DNA of 64,000 bases from contig CAYWVZ010000003.1 in assembly GCA_964462215.1 (NCBI GenBank), positions 8,752 to 72,751 on the forward strand, written 5' to 3'. Position 1 is the stretch's first letter; each line of letters opens with the position of its first letter. The stretch comes from an uncultured Candidatus Saccharibacteria bacterium (GTDB lineage: Bacteria; Patescibacteriota; Saccharimonadia; Saccharimonadales; JAUPVS01). Under the pieces are notes generated by a model. It saw only the letters and a list, made by a program, of their open reading frames with translations. It was not told the origin of the DNA and did not search any database. Below, in pieces: positions 36,458-45,158 of the stretch. Made by a program: the position numbers and the translations under genes.

Positions 36458-38875
36458 CTATTTGCGCCCAACCTTGGTATCCGGAAGCCAGTGCTTGGCA
36501 GTATAGCGCCTGTACCCTGCCAGCAACGCTACACCACTACCCAGCAACAATGAAGCTATGAATAAGGGTAGCCGATGGTCAAATCCTGTGGGCGCCAGCG
36601 ACCCGTTGCCGTTATCACCTCCACTTCCAGGAGTGGGCGGTAGCGGCGGGACGGGCGGGTCAGTGTAGCACTCACCATAACAAGCCAGATAGGGCTGGGG
36701 GATATTATTGAGCGCATAAAAGCTTCCACCAATATATACTGCTGTTTCTGCCCGATTAAGGGCCACTGTATCTACTGGGCCCGATACGAGTGGCGTCCAA
36801 GTGGCAGTACCGGTAGCCGTGTCCAGCCCGCGGATAAATCCGCCGAAAGAACCTGCGACATACAATGTGTTGTTATCTTCAGTGAGGACGATGTTGCGTA
36901 TTGGCGGCGTAATGCTTGGTGCAAAGCCGGGAATAGCTGAGCTGTCACCGGTATCAAAAGCATATAGATAACCACTAAAAAATCCGGCGACATAGATTGT
37001 ATCATCATCAGAGGCAAGCGCCAGAGCGGAAACTGGCGCGTTAATCTCGATAGGGCTAAACGCTGTCGGCGCCTCAGTGGCTGTGTCAAAGGCTCTTAAG
37101 AAAACAGCGCCGCTAAAGCCTCCGCCGATATACAAGGTGCTGTCGTCACTGGTAAGAGCCAGTGCGTTTACCGCACTGACCATAGCCGGGGCAAAACTGG
37201 TGGCTACACCCGTTGTGGTGGTAAATGCTGCCACATAGTTTTGGGCTGTAGTTCCGTTAATCTGAGTAAAACTACCTCCCACATACAGTGTCTGGCCATC
37301 CTTGCTAAGAACGATTCTATTAACCGTGTTGTTTACATCCACATCAAGAGGTTGCACTGCTCCTGTTGAAGCACTGAAGGCCGCCACGCGGTTACGGGTA
37401 GTGGAGCCATTTACCTGCGTGAAACTACCGCCGGCGTAGAGGGTTTGACCGTCGGGGCTGAGCGCAAGCGTAGTCACCGAGCCATTAATATTGGGGTTGA
37501 ATGTGGGGTCAACAGTACCGTTCGGCAATATACGAGCTAGCCTATTACGATTAACACCCCCTAAGAACATATCACCATTTGAATCAACAGCGAAGAGAGT
37601 GCCGCCGTCAGGACTAAGAGCCATCTGATTGACACCGTTATTAACAATGCGGGCATCAAAACTGGTTACGTTACCGGTAGCAAGTGCCGTATTAAAGGCC
37701 GCCAGATAGTTACGGGCGACCGAGCCATTTACCTGCGTGAAACTACCGCCAGCGTAGAGGGTTTGACCGTCGGGGCTGAGCGCAAGACTGTCTGTAATAC
37801 TATTAATATCAGGGTCAAAATTGGTCACGTTGCCGGTATCGAGTGCCGTGTTGAAAGCGGCCAAGCGGTTGCGGGTAACGGAACCGTTTACTTGGGTAAA
37901 ACTGCCGCTTATATATAGCGTTGAGTTATCGGGTGTAAGTAAAACATCATAAACGTTACCGCCAATATTGGGGTTAAAGTCCGTTACATTGCCGGTGTCC
38001 AGAGCGGTGCTGAAAGCAGCGAGATTGTTCCGGGTAGCCGGCGGTCCACCACTGCCGACCAGCGCAAAAATTCCGCCGGCGTATAGTGTGGAGTCATCAG
38101 AGGTCAGCGCAAGACTGCGTACCAGCGGTGAAGGGACACCGAAAACATTGGGGTTGAAATTCGTAACATTACCGGTATCGAGTGCCGTGTTGAAAGCGGC
38201 CAAGCAGTTGCGGGTAACGGAACCGTTTACTTGGGTAAACTGACCGCCGGCGTACAGCGTGGAGTCGTCAGCAGTTAGCGCCAACGATACTACCCTGTTG
38301 TTAAAGTTTGGGTTAAAGTCGGTTAACGCACCATCTGAGGTATTGAAAGCAGCCAAACGGTTGCGAGTGACGGAGCCGTTTACTTGGGTAAACAGACCTG
38401 CCACATACAGTGTTGTCCCGTCATTGCTTAAAAGTAGCGCATCAACTATCCCATTAATGACAGGTTGAAAGGCTGGGTCGACCGTACCATCTGGCAATAT
38501 ATGACTTATTTTGTTATTGTCGGCAGCTACATACCAGCCGCCATTCCCGTCAGATATAACAGCGTCGGGGTACGGCACAGTGTCTGACGACACCGTATTG
38601 GGCTCCCCCGTACCTGTATTTATAGAGGCTCCGTGAAGAGCTGGCGTGGGATCAATGATCGTGAAGTTACCCCCTACATAAATTGAGCCGTCAGCAGCAG
38701 GCAGCAGAGCAGACACTTCGCCATTAGTAACCGGGAAGTCCGGGTCGGGGTCGTTGGGGGGAGTTGGTGCTGCCCACACCAGGCCAACCGAAGTTAGTAC
38801 CAGCAGAGCTACAAATGCGAGTGCCACTACACTTGAAGTTGCCCGCTGAATAAACCGTTCCAGGTTGGCGAGCAC
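36458..38875 (-). CDS. sortase-anchored (LAPTG) cell-surface protein with about 12 beta-propeller-type repeats (delta-60-like)
   Basis: GTG start with GAGGG upstream and an N-terminal signal/TM segment. About 12 repeats of roughly 45-57 aa (LYAGGSFTQVNGSVTRNRLAAFNT...FNPNINGSV..LALSPDGQT). The C-terminus has a Pro-rich stalk, LAPTG, a hydrophobic segment and RRYTAKH. Confidence 0.8.
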   Translation of the reverse strand: MLANLERFIQRATSSVVALAFVALLVLTSVGLVWAAPTPPNDPDPDFPVTNGEVSALLPAADGSIYVGGNFTIIDPTPALHGASINTGTGEPNTVSSDTVPYPDAVISDGNGGWYVAADNNKISHILPDGTVDPAFQPVINGIVDALLLSNDGTTLYVAGLFTQVNGSVTRNRLAAFNTSDGALTDFNPNFNNRVVSLALTADDSTLYAGGQFTQVNGSVTRNCLAAFNTALDTGNVTNFNPNVFGVPSPLVRSLALTSDDSTLYAGGIFALVGSGGPPATRNNLAAFSTALDTGNVTDFNPNIGGNVYDVLLTPDNSTLYISGSFTQVNGSVTRNRLAAFNTALDTGNVTNFDPDINSITDSLALSPDGQTLYAGGSFTQVNGSVARNYLAAFNTALATGNVTSFDARIVNNGVNQMALSPDGGTLFAVDSNGDMFLGGVNRNRLARILPNGTVDPTFNPNINGSVTTLALSPDGQTLYAGGSFTQVNGSTTRNRVAAFSASTGAVQPLDVDVNNTVNRIVLSKDGQTLYVGGSFTQINGTTAQNYVAAFTTTTGVATSFAPAMVSAVNALALTSDDSTLYIGGGFSGAVFLRAFDTATEAPTAFSPIEINAPVSALALASDDDTIYVAGFFSGYLYAFDTGDSSAIPGFAPSITPPIRNIVLTEDNNTLYVAGSFGGFIRGLDTATGTATWTPLVSGPVDTVALNRAETAVYIGGSFYALNNIPQPYLACYGECYTDPPVPPLPPTPGSGGDNGNGSLAPTGFDHRLPLFIASLLLGSGVALLAGYRRYTAKHWLPDTKVGRK
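37833..37900. repeat. 68-bp internal repeat, copy A
   Basis: 67/68 identical to 38172-38239, offset 339 bp (two protein repeats). Confidence 0.9.
38172..38239. repeat. 68-bp internal repeat, copy B
   Basis: 67/68 identical to 37833-37900. Confidence 0.9.
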
Positions 38876-39102
38876 TAAACCCTCTCACTTTCTATTGCAA
38901 AACACGCAACGATAGTTTTAATGCTTAGTATTGTAGGTTTTACTTGTTCTGCTGTCAACGCGGCTGCGTGGGCTACATGACTGCATTCTCGAAAGCACAT
39001 CCGCACGAGGAATGTGCTACAAGTTTGAGCATATTCCGAGCTCAGGACAGTGCTAGAGAGAATGCAGCCATGCAGCCGGCCGGCGTGATAGAATTAATGG
39101 AT

Positions 39103-41679
39103 ATGAGCAAAAACGTGACACGGCTGTTTAAGCAGTTCCGGCCTGAACAGTATGACATTGCCCTCAAACCCGACCGAGAGGCCATGACCTTTAGCGGCAC
39201 GGTGACTATGACCGGCCGCAAAACCGGGCGGCCGGCGCAACGGCTGACCTTTCATCAGAACGGGCTCAAAATTAGCAAAGCTACTATCGTCAAACTGGAC
39301 CGTAAGGGCGAACAGAAAATGCCGGTCAGCCGCATCAATCTACACAAAAAATTCGACGAAGTGCGGCTGCATACCGACCAGATGGTCTATCCGGGCCAAT
39401 ACCGCATCCAGCTGGAGTTTAGCGGCACGATCACACGAGCCATGAACGGTATGTACCCGTGCGCATTCAAACACAAAGGCAAACAGAAACAGCTTATCGC
39501 CACGCAGTTCGAAAGCCATCACGCCCGCGAAGTCTTCCCGTGCATTGACGAGCCCGAAGCTAAAGCCACATTCGACCTGACGCTAACGACGCCTACCGGC
39601 GAAGCAGTACTAGCTAACACACCAATAGCCAAACAAACCAAAAAAGGCACCCTGCAGACTACCCGCTTCGAAACAACACCGGTTATGCCCACCTATTTGC
39701 TGGCCTTCGTGTACGGCGAGCTCGGCTACAAAGAAGCCACGACCCGCGATGGTGTGGTAGTACGCACCTACGCCACGCCTGATAATGTCAAGTTGACCGA
39801 TTTTGCGCTGGACGTGGCCGTCAAGTGCCTGGAGTTCTACAATGACTACTTCGGCTTGAGCTATCCTCTGCCCAAGTGTGACCTCATCGCCCTGCCCGAT
39901 TTCGCCAGCGGCGCCATGGAAAACTGGGGCTGCATCACTTTCCGCGAACAGTGCATGCTGGTCGACCCCAAACACACCAGCTTGGCCGTCAAACAGTATG
40001 TGGCCATGGTGGTCGCCCATGAACTGGCCCACCAATGGTTCGGCAACTTGGTTACCATGCGCTGGTGGACGGACTTGTGGCTCAACGAGGGTTTTGCCAG
40101 CTGGATCGAATACTTGGCTATTGATCACCTATTCCCCGACTGGCAGATGTGGACGCAGTTCATAACCGACGAGCAGCAACCGGCTTTGCGCCTGGACGCC
40201 CTGGAGCACACCCACCCGGTTGAAGTGCCGGTCAAACACCCTGACGAAATCCGCAGTATTTTCGATGCCATCAGCTATAACAAGGGCGCCAGCGTCATCC
40301 ATATGCTGCATGAGTACCTTGGGCCGGAGAGTTTCCGCGACGGCTTGCGGCACTACCTCAAACATCACCAGTACGGCAACACCGACACTATTGACCTATG
40401 GAATGCCCTGGCCGAAGTCTCCGGCAAACCGGTGCAAGGTTTTATGCACGCCTGGACGGCGCAGCCCGGCTTTCCGGTCATCCGGGCCAGTATCGGCTCC
40501 AGCGCCACTTCGGCCCATCAGCAACGTTTTTATGCCAACCCCGCCCAGCCGCGCGACGAGCTAGTACGCTGGCCGGTTCCACTGGAGCCAACCAGTGCGC
40601 TCGAGCCCGCCCTCCTGACCGAGCGTGAGCATTCGTGGCCCATAGATAAACCGGCCGCAACAGAGACCGACAACGGGATTTTTAAGTTCAATAGCCGGCA
40701 AAGCGGGTTTTATCGTGTGGTCTATGATTCGGCGCATGTAACCAAGCTCGGCCAGGCAGTGGCTGCCGGCAGGCTTGAACCGCTGGACCGGCTGGGCATT
40801 TTAAGTGATGTGTTCGAAGCCGCCAAGGCCGGCTATACCAGTAGCACCGACGCGCTAAACTTGTTGCACTATTACAAAGATGAAGATAACAACGCCGTTT
40901 GGGATGTCATCGCCGGAGGCTTAGGCAGCATCCGTACCGTCATGGATGACGAGGGTATCCGCCAAGCCATGAAACCGTTTGTCCGCACGCTGGTTGCCAA
41001 ACAACTCAAACGCCTGGGCTGGCAGCCAAAACCGCGCGAAGACCATTTCGACAGCCTGCTGCGGCCGACGATTATCGGGTTGGCAGCTCTGGCTGACGAT
41101 CCGGCCACCGTCAAAGAGTGCGTGCGCCGCTTTAAGGCTATGAAGAACTCCGAAGACCTGCCGGCCGACTTGCGCAGTGTTATTTACGGCACCGTAGCCC
41201 GTCATGGCGATACCAAAACGTTTGACCGGCTGCTCAAGCTCCACAACACAACACCTTCCAGTGAAGAAAAATTAACGCTCTCGGCCGCCCTGACCAACTT
41301 CAGTCAGCCCGAGCTTATTACGCGGTCGTTGTCGCTCATTACTACCGACACCGTACGGCTCCAAGACGCCGCTTATTGGATAGCCTACAGTTTTGCCAAC
41401 CGCCATGCCCGGCAAACCACCTGGCGATGGCTAACCAAAAATTGGTCGTGGCTCAACGAAAACATGGGTTCCGATATGAGCTTCCCGCGTTTTCCGCTAT
41501 ATGCCGCCCGGGCGGCCGACAAAGCCAGCTTTTTGCCCGCCTATAAAAAGTTCTTTGAATCAGTGCTGACACCGGGACTGGAGCGCGCCTACCGGCAAGG
41601 CGTTGAAACGATTGAATGGCAAACCGCCTGGAAAGCCCGCGACCTAAAAGCCGTTAAGAGCTTTTTCAAAAACACCTGA
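39103..41679 (+). CDS. pepN: M1-family aminopeptidase N
   Basis: GAMENWG exopeptidase motif and HELAHQWFGNLVT...WLNEGFA zinc site, with an ERAP1-like C-terminal domain. Start uncertain: ATG 39103 lies 8 nt after TGATAGAAT. Confidence 0.9.
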   Translation: MSKNVTRLFKQFRPEQYDIALKPDREAMTFSGTVTMTGRKTGRPAQRLTFHQNGLKISKATIVKLDRKGEQKMPVSRINLHKKFDEVRLHTDQMVYPGQYRIQLEFSGTITRAMNGMYPCAFKHKGKQKQLIATQFESHHAREVFPCIDEPEAKATFDLTLTTPTGEAVLANTPIAKQTKKGTLQTTRFETTPVMPTYLLAFVYGELGYKEATTRDGVVVRTYATPDNVKLTDFALDVAVKCLEFYNDYFGLSYPLPKCDLIALPDFASGAMENWGCITFREQCMLVDPKHTSLAVKQYVAMVVAHELAHQWFGNLVTMRWWTDLWLNEGFASWIEYLAIDHLFPDWQMWTQFITDEQQPALRLDALEHTHPVEVPVKHPDEIRSIFDAISYNKGASVIHMLHEYLGPESFRDGLRHYLKHHQYGNTDTIDLWNALAEVSGKPVQGFMHAWTAQPGFPVIRASIGSSATSAHQQRFYANPAQPRDELVRWPVPLEPTSALEPALLTEREHSWPIDKPAATETDNGIFKFNSRQSGFYRVVYDSAHVTKLGQAVAAGRLEPLDRLGILSDVFEAAKAGYTSSTDALNLLHYYKDEDNNAVWDVIAGGLGSIRTVMDDEGIRQAMKPFVRTLVAKQLKRLGWQPKPREDHFDSLLRPTIIGLAALADDPATVKECVRRFKAMKNSEDLPADLRSVIYGTVARHGDTKTFDRLLKLHNTTPSSEEKLTLSAALTNFSQPELITRSLSLITTDTVRLQDAAYWIAYSFANRHARQTTWRWLTKNWSWLNENMGSDMSFPRFPLYAARAADKASFLPAYKKFFESVLTPGLERAYRQGVETIEWQTAWKARDLKAVKSFFKNT

Positions 41680-42021
41680 TTACAGATCTGTCACAAAATT
41701 ATGGACCGTGAATGCGGCGGTGCCGACTCCAACGGCCGCCAGTTCGTACTCCCCACGCCAACGATGCTTGGCAACCCATAGTTCAGCGGCAAAGGCCATT
41801 TGGCGAAGTTTTTGGGGCGTAATATAGTCCAGGCCGGTACCTTGCTGCCGGCCGGCTCGGTATTTTACTTCTATAAAATAGATAGTCTGGCCTTTGGCTG
41901 CCACGATATCGATTTCGCAGTAACGGGTCCGCCAATTTTGTTGCAGCACCCGAAAACCGCGGTCTTGCACATATTTGGCCGCGGCCGCCTCGGCCCGGCG
42001 GCCCGTCTCGACTGTCGTCAT
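41680..42021 (-). CDS. yraN: YraN-family (UPF0102) endonuclease-like protein
   Basis: GRRAE..A..Y....G...L..NWR....EIDIVA......FIEVK pattern. ATGA overlap with rnhB. Confidence 0.85.
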   Translation of the reverse strand: MTTVETGRRAEAAAAKYVQDRGFRVLQQNWRTRYCEIDIVAAKGQTIYFIEVKYRAGRQQGTGLDYITPQKLRQMAFAAELWVAKHRWRGEYELAAVGVGTAAFTVHNFVTDL

Positions 42022-42581
42022 AATAACGCTTGGATTGGTTTGTATGATTGCCGATGCAGTTTGCAGACACCGTGCAGTTGCAGGGCCTGGCGGTGGGTTT
42101 TGGTGCCGTAACCGACGTGGCTCTCGAAACCGTAACCAGGATATTCGGCTGCCGCCTCGGCCATATGCCGGTCGCGGCGAACTTTGGCGTAGATACTGGC
42201 CGCACTAACAACCGGATGGGTGGCGTCGGCATCAACAACGCATTGCACGGCCGTGAACTGCGGCGGGCAATAATTGATGTTGCCGTCCATAATAATGGCT
42301 TCGTCGGCAGCCGCGGCCAGCCCGGCAAGTGCCCGTTCCACCGCCAGCCGCATGGCAGCCGTTAGGCCCAGCCGGTCAATTTCGTCCGGCTGTACCCAGC
42401 CCTCGCCGATATCGCAAACCGCCTCAATAGCCGTGAATAATTGTTCGCGGCGCTTTTTGGTGAGCGTCTTTGAGTCGGCCACCCCCGCAGGCATGGTACC
42501 GACCTGGCGAGCTGCCACTACCAATAGTGGTCCGGCCCAACAGCCGCGCCCTACCTCGTCAATACCAATTACCCGTTGCAT
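42018..42581 (-). CDS. rnhB: ribonuclease HII
   Basis: IGIDEVGRGCWAGPL motif and the rnhB-yraN pairing. Start ATG 42581 lies 6 nt after TGGTATGAT. Confidence 0.9.
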   Translation of the reverse strand: MQRVIGIDEVGRGCWAGPLLVVAARQVGTMPAGVADSKTLTKKRREQLFTAIEAVCDIGEGWVQPDEIDRLGLTAAMRLAVERALAGLAAAADEAIIMDGNINYCPPQFTAVQCVVDADATHPVVSAASIYAKVRRDRHMAEAAAEYPGYGFESHVGYGTKTHRQALQLHGVCKLHRQSYKPIQALL

Positions 42582-42595
42582 ACATGCATCATACC

Positions 42596-42623
42596 AAAAA
42601 CCGCTCACGGTCGGAGCGGTTTT
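42596..42623 (-). terminator. intrinsic terminator after rplS (A/T-flanked, possibly bidirectional)
   Basis: Stem ACCGCTC/GAGCGGT (42600-42606 / 42614-42620) is followed on the minus strand by TTTTTGG. Confidence 0.6.
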
Positions 42624-42654
42624 AATGAAACATTAAGAGATACTTAACGATTAT

Positions 42655-43218
42655 TTAACTTTTGTCGCTGTCGGCAGGCTTATCAGCCGCCGCTTCGGGC
42701 GCAGCCTCTTCATGTTCTGCTTTGGCGGCCTCAACCTTAGCTTCGGTCTTGGCTTCTTTGGCAGCCTCTTTGGCAGCTTGAGCCTCGTGTTCGGCCTCGG
42801 CCTGTTCGTGGAGTTTAGCTTCCTCGGCTTCGGCTTTTTCGTCGTGGACGGCGTTAACAGTTTCTTTATCAAAGGCCATGCCGGTTAGACGGGCAGATTT
42901 ACCGGTGCGGTCGCGCATGTATGATAAGTAGTTGCGGCGAACCTTGCTGCGCTTGACGACTTCGACTTTGGTAACTAACGGTGAGTGCAGTAAATAAGTT
43001 TTTTCGACACCGATACCGCTGGCAATACGACGGACGGTAATTGAGGCGGTGTGGCTGCCGGTACGGTCGGTGCGGATAACCAGGCCTTCGAAAATCTGGA
43101 TACGTTCTTTGTTGCCTTCGCGGATTTTCTGGTGCACGCGCACAGTATCACCGCTCTTGACGTCAACGACGGCAGATTTCTTGTACTTTGCTTCGATTTC
43201 AGCGATAACAGATGACAT
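42655..43218 (-). CDS. rplS: 50S ribosomal protein L19 with a Lys/Glu/Ala-rich C-terminal extension of about 70 aa
   Basis: GDTVRVHQKIREGNKERIQIFEGLVI...SFTVRRI-type core, then AEAEEAKLHEQAEAEHEAQAAKEAAKEAKTEAK... Confidence 0.93.
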   Translation of the reverse strand: MSSVIAEIEAKYKKSAVVDVKSGDTVRVHQKIREGNKERIQIFEGLVIRTDRTGSHTASITVRRIASGIGVEKTYLLHSPLVTKVEVVKRSKVRRNYLSYMRDRTGKSARLTGMAFDKETVNAVHDEKAEAEEAKLHEQAEAEHEAQAAKEAAKEAKTEAKVEAAKAEHEEAAPEAAADKPADSDKS

Positions 43219-43279
43219 AACCCGTAAATACTACACTATTTACTCTTTGGATGCAAGCCGGAAGTGGTATGATAAAGAC

Positions 43280-44419
43280 ATGAGCAAAAACTTTGGCGAC
43301 GAGGCCTTGCGCAAACACAAAGAGCTGCGCGGCAAAATTAGCTTGCAGCTGAAAGACAGCCTGGATAGCCGCGATAAGCTGAGTACTTATTACACACCGG
43401 GCGTGGCGGCGGTTAGCAGTTATGTGGCCGAGCATCCGGAAGAAGCCCGCGATTATACCTGGCTGAACAACAGCGTGGCTGTGATTAGTGACGGTTCGGC
43501 CGTATTGGGCTTGGGTGACATCGGCCCGTACGGTGCTTTGCCGGTGATGGAGGGTAAGGCTATGTTGTTTAAGCACTTTGCCGATATTGATGCTGTGCCG
43601 ATCGTGCTGGACGTGCACACACCCGATGAAATCGTGGCCGCCGTGGCGGCCATAGCGCCGAGTTTTGGCGGCATCAACCTGGAAGATATTGCCGCGCCGA
43701 TTTGTTTTGAGGTAGAAGAACGATTGAAGGCCGGGTTGCCGATTCCGGTGTTTCACGACGACCAGCACGGTACGGCTGTGGTGGTGCTGGCTGGCTTGAT
43801 CAACGCCGCCAAACTTACCGGACGTGAGCTGCGTAATAGCCGGATCGTGGTGGTCGGCGCCGGCGCAGCCGGCACGGCCGTTATCAGGCTTTTGCACGAG
43901 TACGCCCGGCCGGAGATTCTGGCCGTTGACAGCAAGGGTATCGTCAGCGCCCATCGCACCGACCTGAATAGTGAAAAGAGAAAGTTACTGGACGTCACCA
44001 ACCCGCACGACGTGGACGGGTCTTTGGCCGACGCGCTGAAAGACGCCGATATCTTTATCGGCGTCTCCAAGCCCGGTCTGCTAACACCCGAGTTTATCAA
44101 AACCATGGCCAAAGACCCGATCGTCTTCGCCATGGCCAACCCCACGCCCGAAATCATGCCCGATGAGGCCAAGGCCGCCGGCGTGGCCGTTATGGCCACC
44201 GGCCGCAGCGATTTCCCTAACCAGGTCAATAACGCCCTGGCGTTCCCGGGCATCTTCCGCGGCGCGCTCGATAATAAAGTCCGGCAAATCACCGACCAGC
44301 ACAAAATCGCTGCGGCCGAAGTGATCGCCGGTCTGGTCGAAAACCTTACAGCCCAAGAGATTATCCCCTCAGTCCTAGACGACCGGCTGGTTCCGGCTAT
44401 CGCCAAAGTTATCGTATAA
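43280..44419 (+). CDS. NAD(P)-dependent malic enzyme (short form)
   Basis: YTPGVA, VISDGSAVLGLGDIG, FGGINLEDI and VVVGAGAAG motifs. Start ATG 43280 lies 6 nt after TGGTATGAT; the upstream in-frame extension overlapping rplS was rejected. Confidence 0.9.
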   Translation: MSKNFGDEALRKHKELRGKISLQLKDSLDSRDKLSTYYTPGVAAVSSYVAEHPEEARDYTWLNNSVAVISDGSAVLGLGDIGPYGALPVMEGKAMLFKHFADIDAVPIVLDVHTPDEIVAAVAAIAPSFGGINLEDIAAPICFEVEERLKAGLPIPVFHDDQHGTAVVVLAGLINAAKLTGRELRNSRIVVVGAGAAGTAVIRLLHEYARPEILAVDSKGIVSAHRTDLNSEKRKLLDVTNPHDVDGSLADALKDADIFIGVSKPGLLTPEFIKTMAKDPIVFAMANPTPEIMPDEAKAAGVAVMATGRSDFPNQVNNALAFPGIFRGALDNKVRQITDQHKIAAAEVIAGLVENLTAQEIIPSVLDDRLVPAIAKVIV

Positions 44420-44422
44420 AGC

Positions 44423-45097
44423 CTAAAAACTAAGCGACGGGCGCGCCGGCGGCGCCTCGCGAGCCTCAAAGTACGCTCGCAATACTCGTTCAGGGCGTAA
44501 AACCAGCTCGTCGTGCTCGCCAGGCAGCCGAACCAAGCCAACTCTGGCATTGTCCAGCATCGGCTCAACACCCGAGGGCATCTGGAAGTAAGTATCATTA
44601 TCCGTATACACCAGATCGGTTGCTACACCCCAGCTACTAAAATCGGCGGCCAGTTCCGGCCCGTTGAACCGGGTAATTTCCGGCAAGTAGCGAAGATTAG
44701 CCTTTGGATGGGTCCCCATCTCAATCATCGAATCCATAGTAAGCTGCGTTGCTTCGGCCAACTGACGCGGCGATTTAATACCAATGCCCGGCGTCCACAT
44801 ACGTGCCATTTTTAGGAATGTACGGGAAACCAGACGAGACACAGGTGTCGGTACCGGAGCATTAAAAGCGGCAATCGTATCAGGCATTGTGCCGCGCAGC
44901 GCCAACATGCCAGCCGAGTGAGTAATGACGTCAACGCCGTCAACCGCACGACGTATCCGGTCGGGATTATCCATAGCATAGCCAAAGGTAAATCGGTCTA
45001 CGTCTCCATAATAACCGTCGTCTACGGCCGCGCGGGCAACCTCATCTGCTGTCAGGTGGTTGCCGCCAAATCCGCCAATGTATACTGCTCGTGCCAT
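44423..45097 (-). CDS. putative alpha/beta-fold serine hydrolase (224 aa)
   Basis: ITHSAG nucleophile-elbow-like motif, later DND and GEHD. Start lies 9 nt after TGCTATAAT. Confidence 0.45.
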   Translation of the reverse strand: MARAVYIGGFGGNHLTADEVARAAVDDGYYGDVDRFTFGYAMDNPDRIRRAVDGVDVITHSAGMLALRGTMPDTIAAFNAPVPTPVSRLVSRTFLKMARMWTPGIGIKSPRQLAEATQLTMDSMIEMGTHPKANLRYLPEITRFNGPELAADFSSWGVATDLVYTDNDTYFQMPSGVEPMLDNARVGLVRLPGEHDELVLRPERVLRAYFEAREAPPARPSLSF

Positions 45098-45158
45098 TAT
45101 CTTTTCATTATAGCACACTTGTTAGATAATGTCAATAGAGCTTATGTTTTGACCCCTG

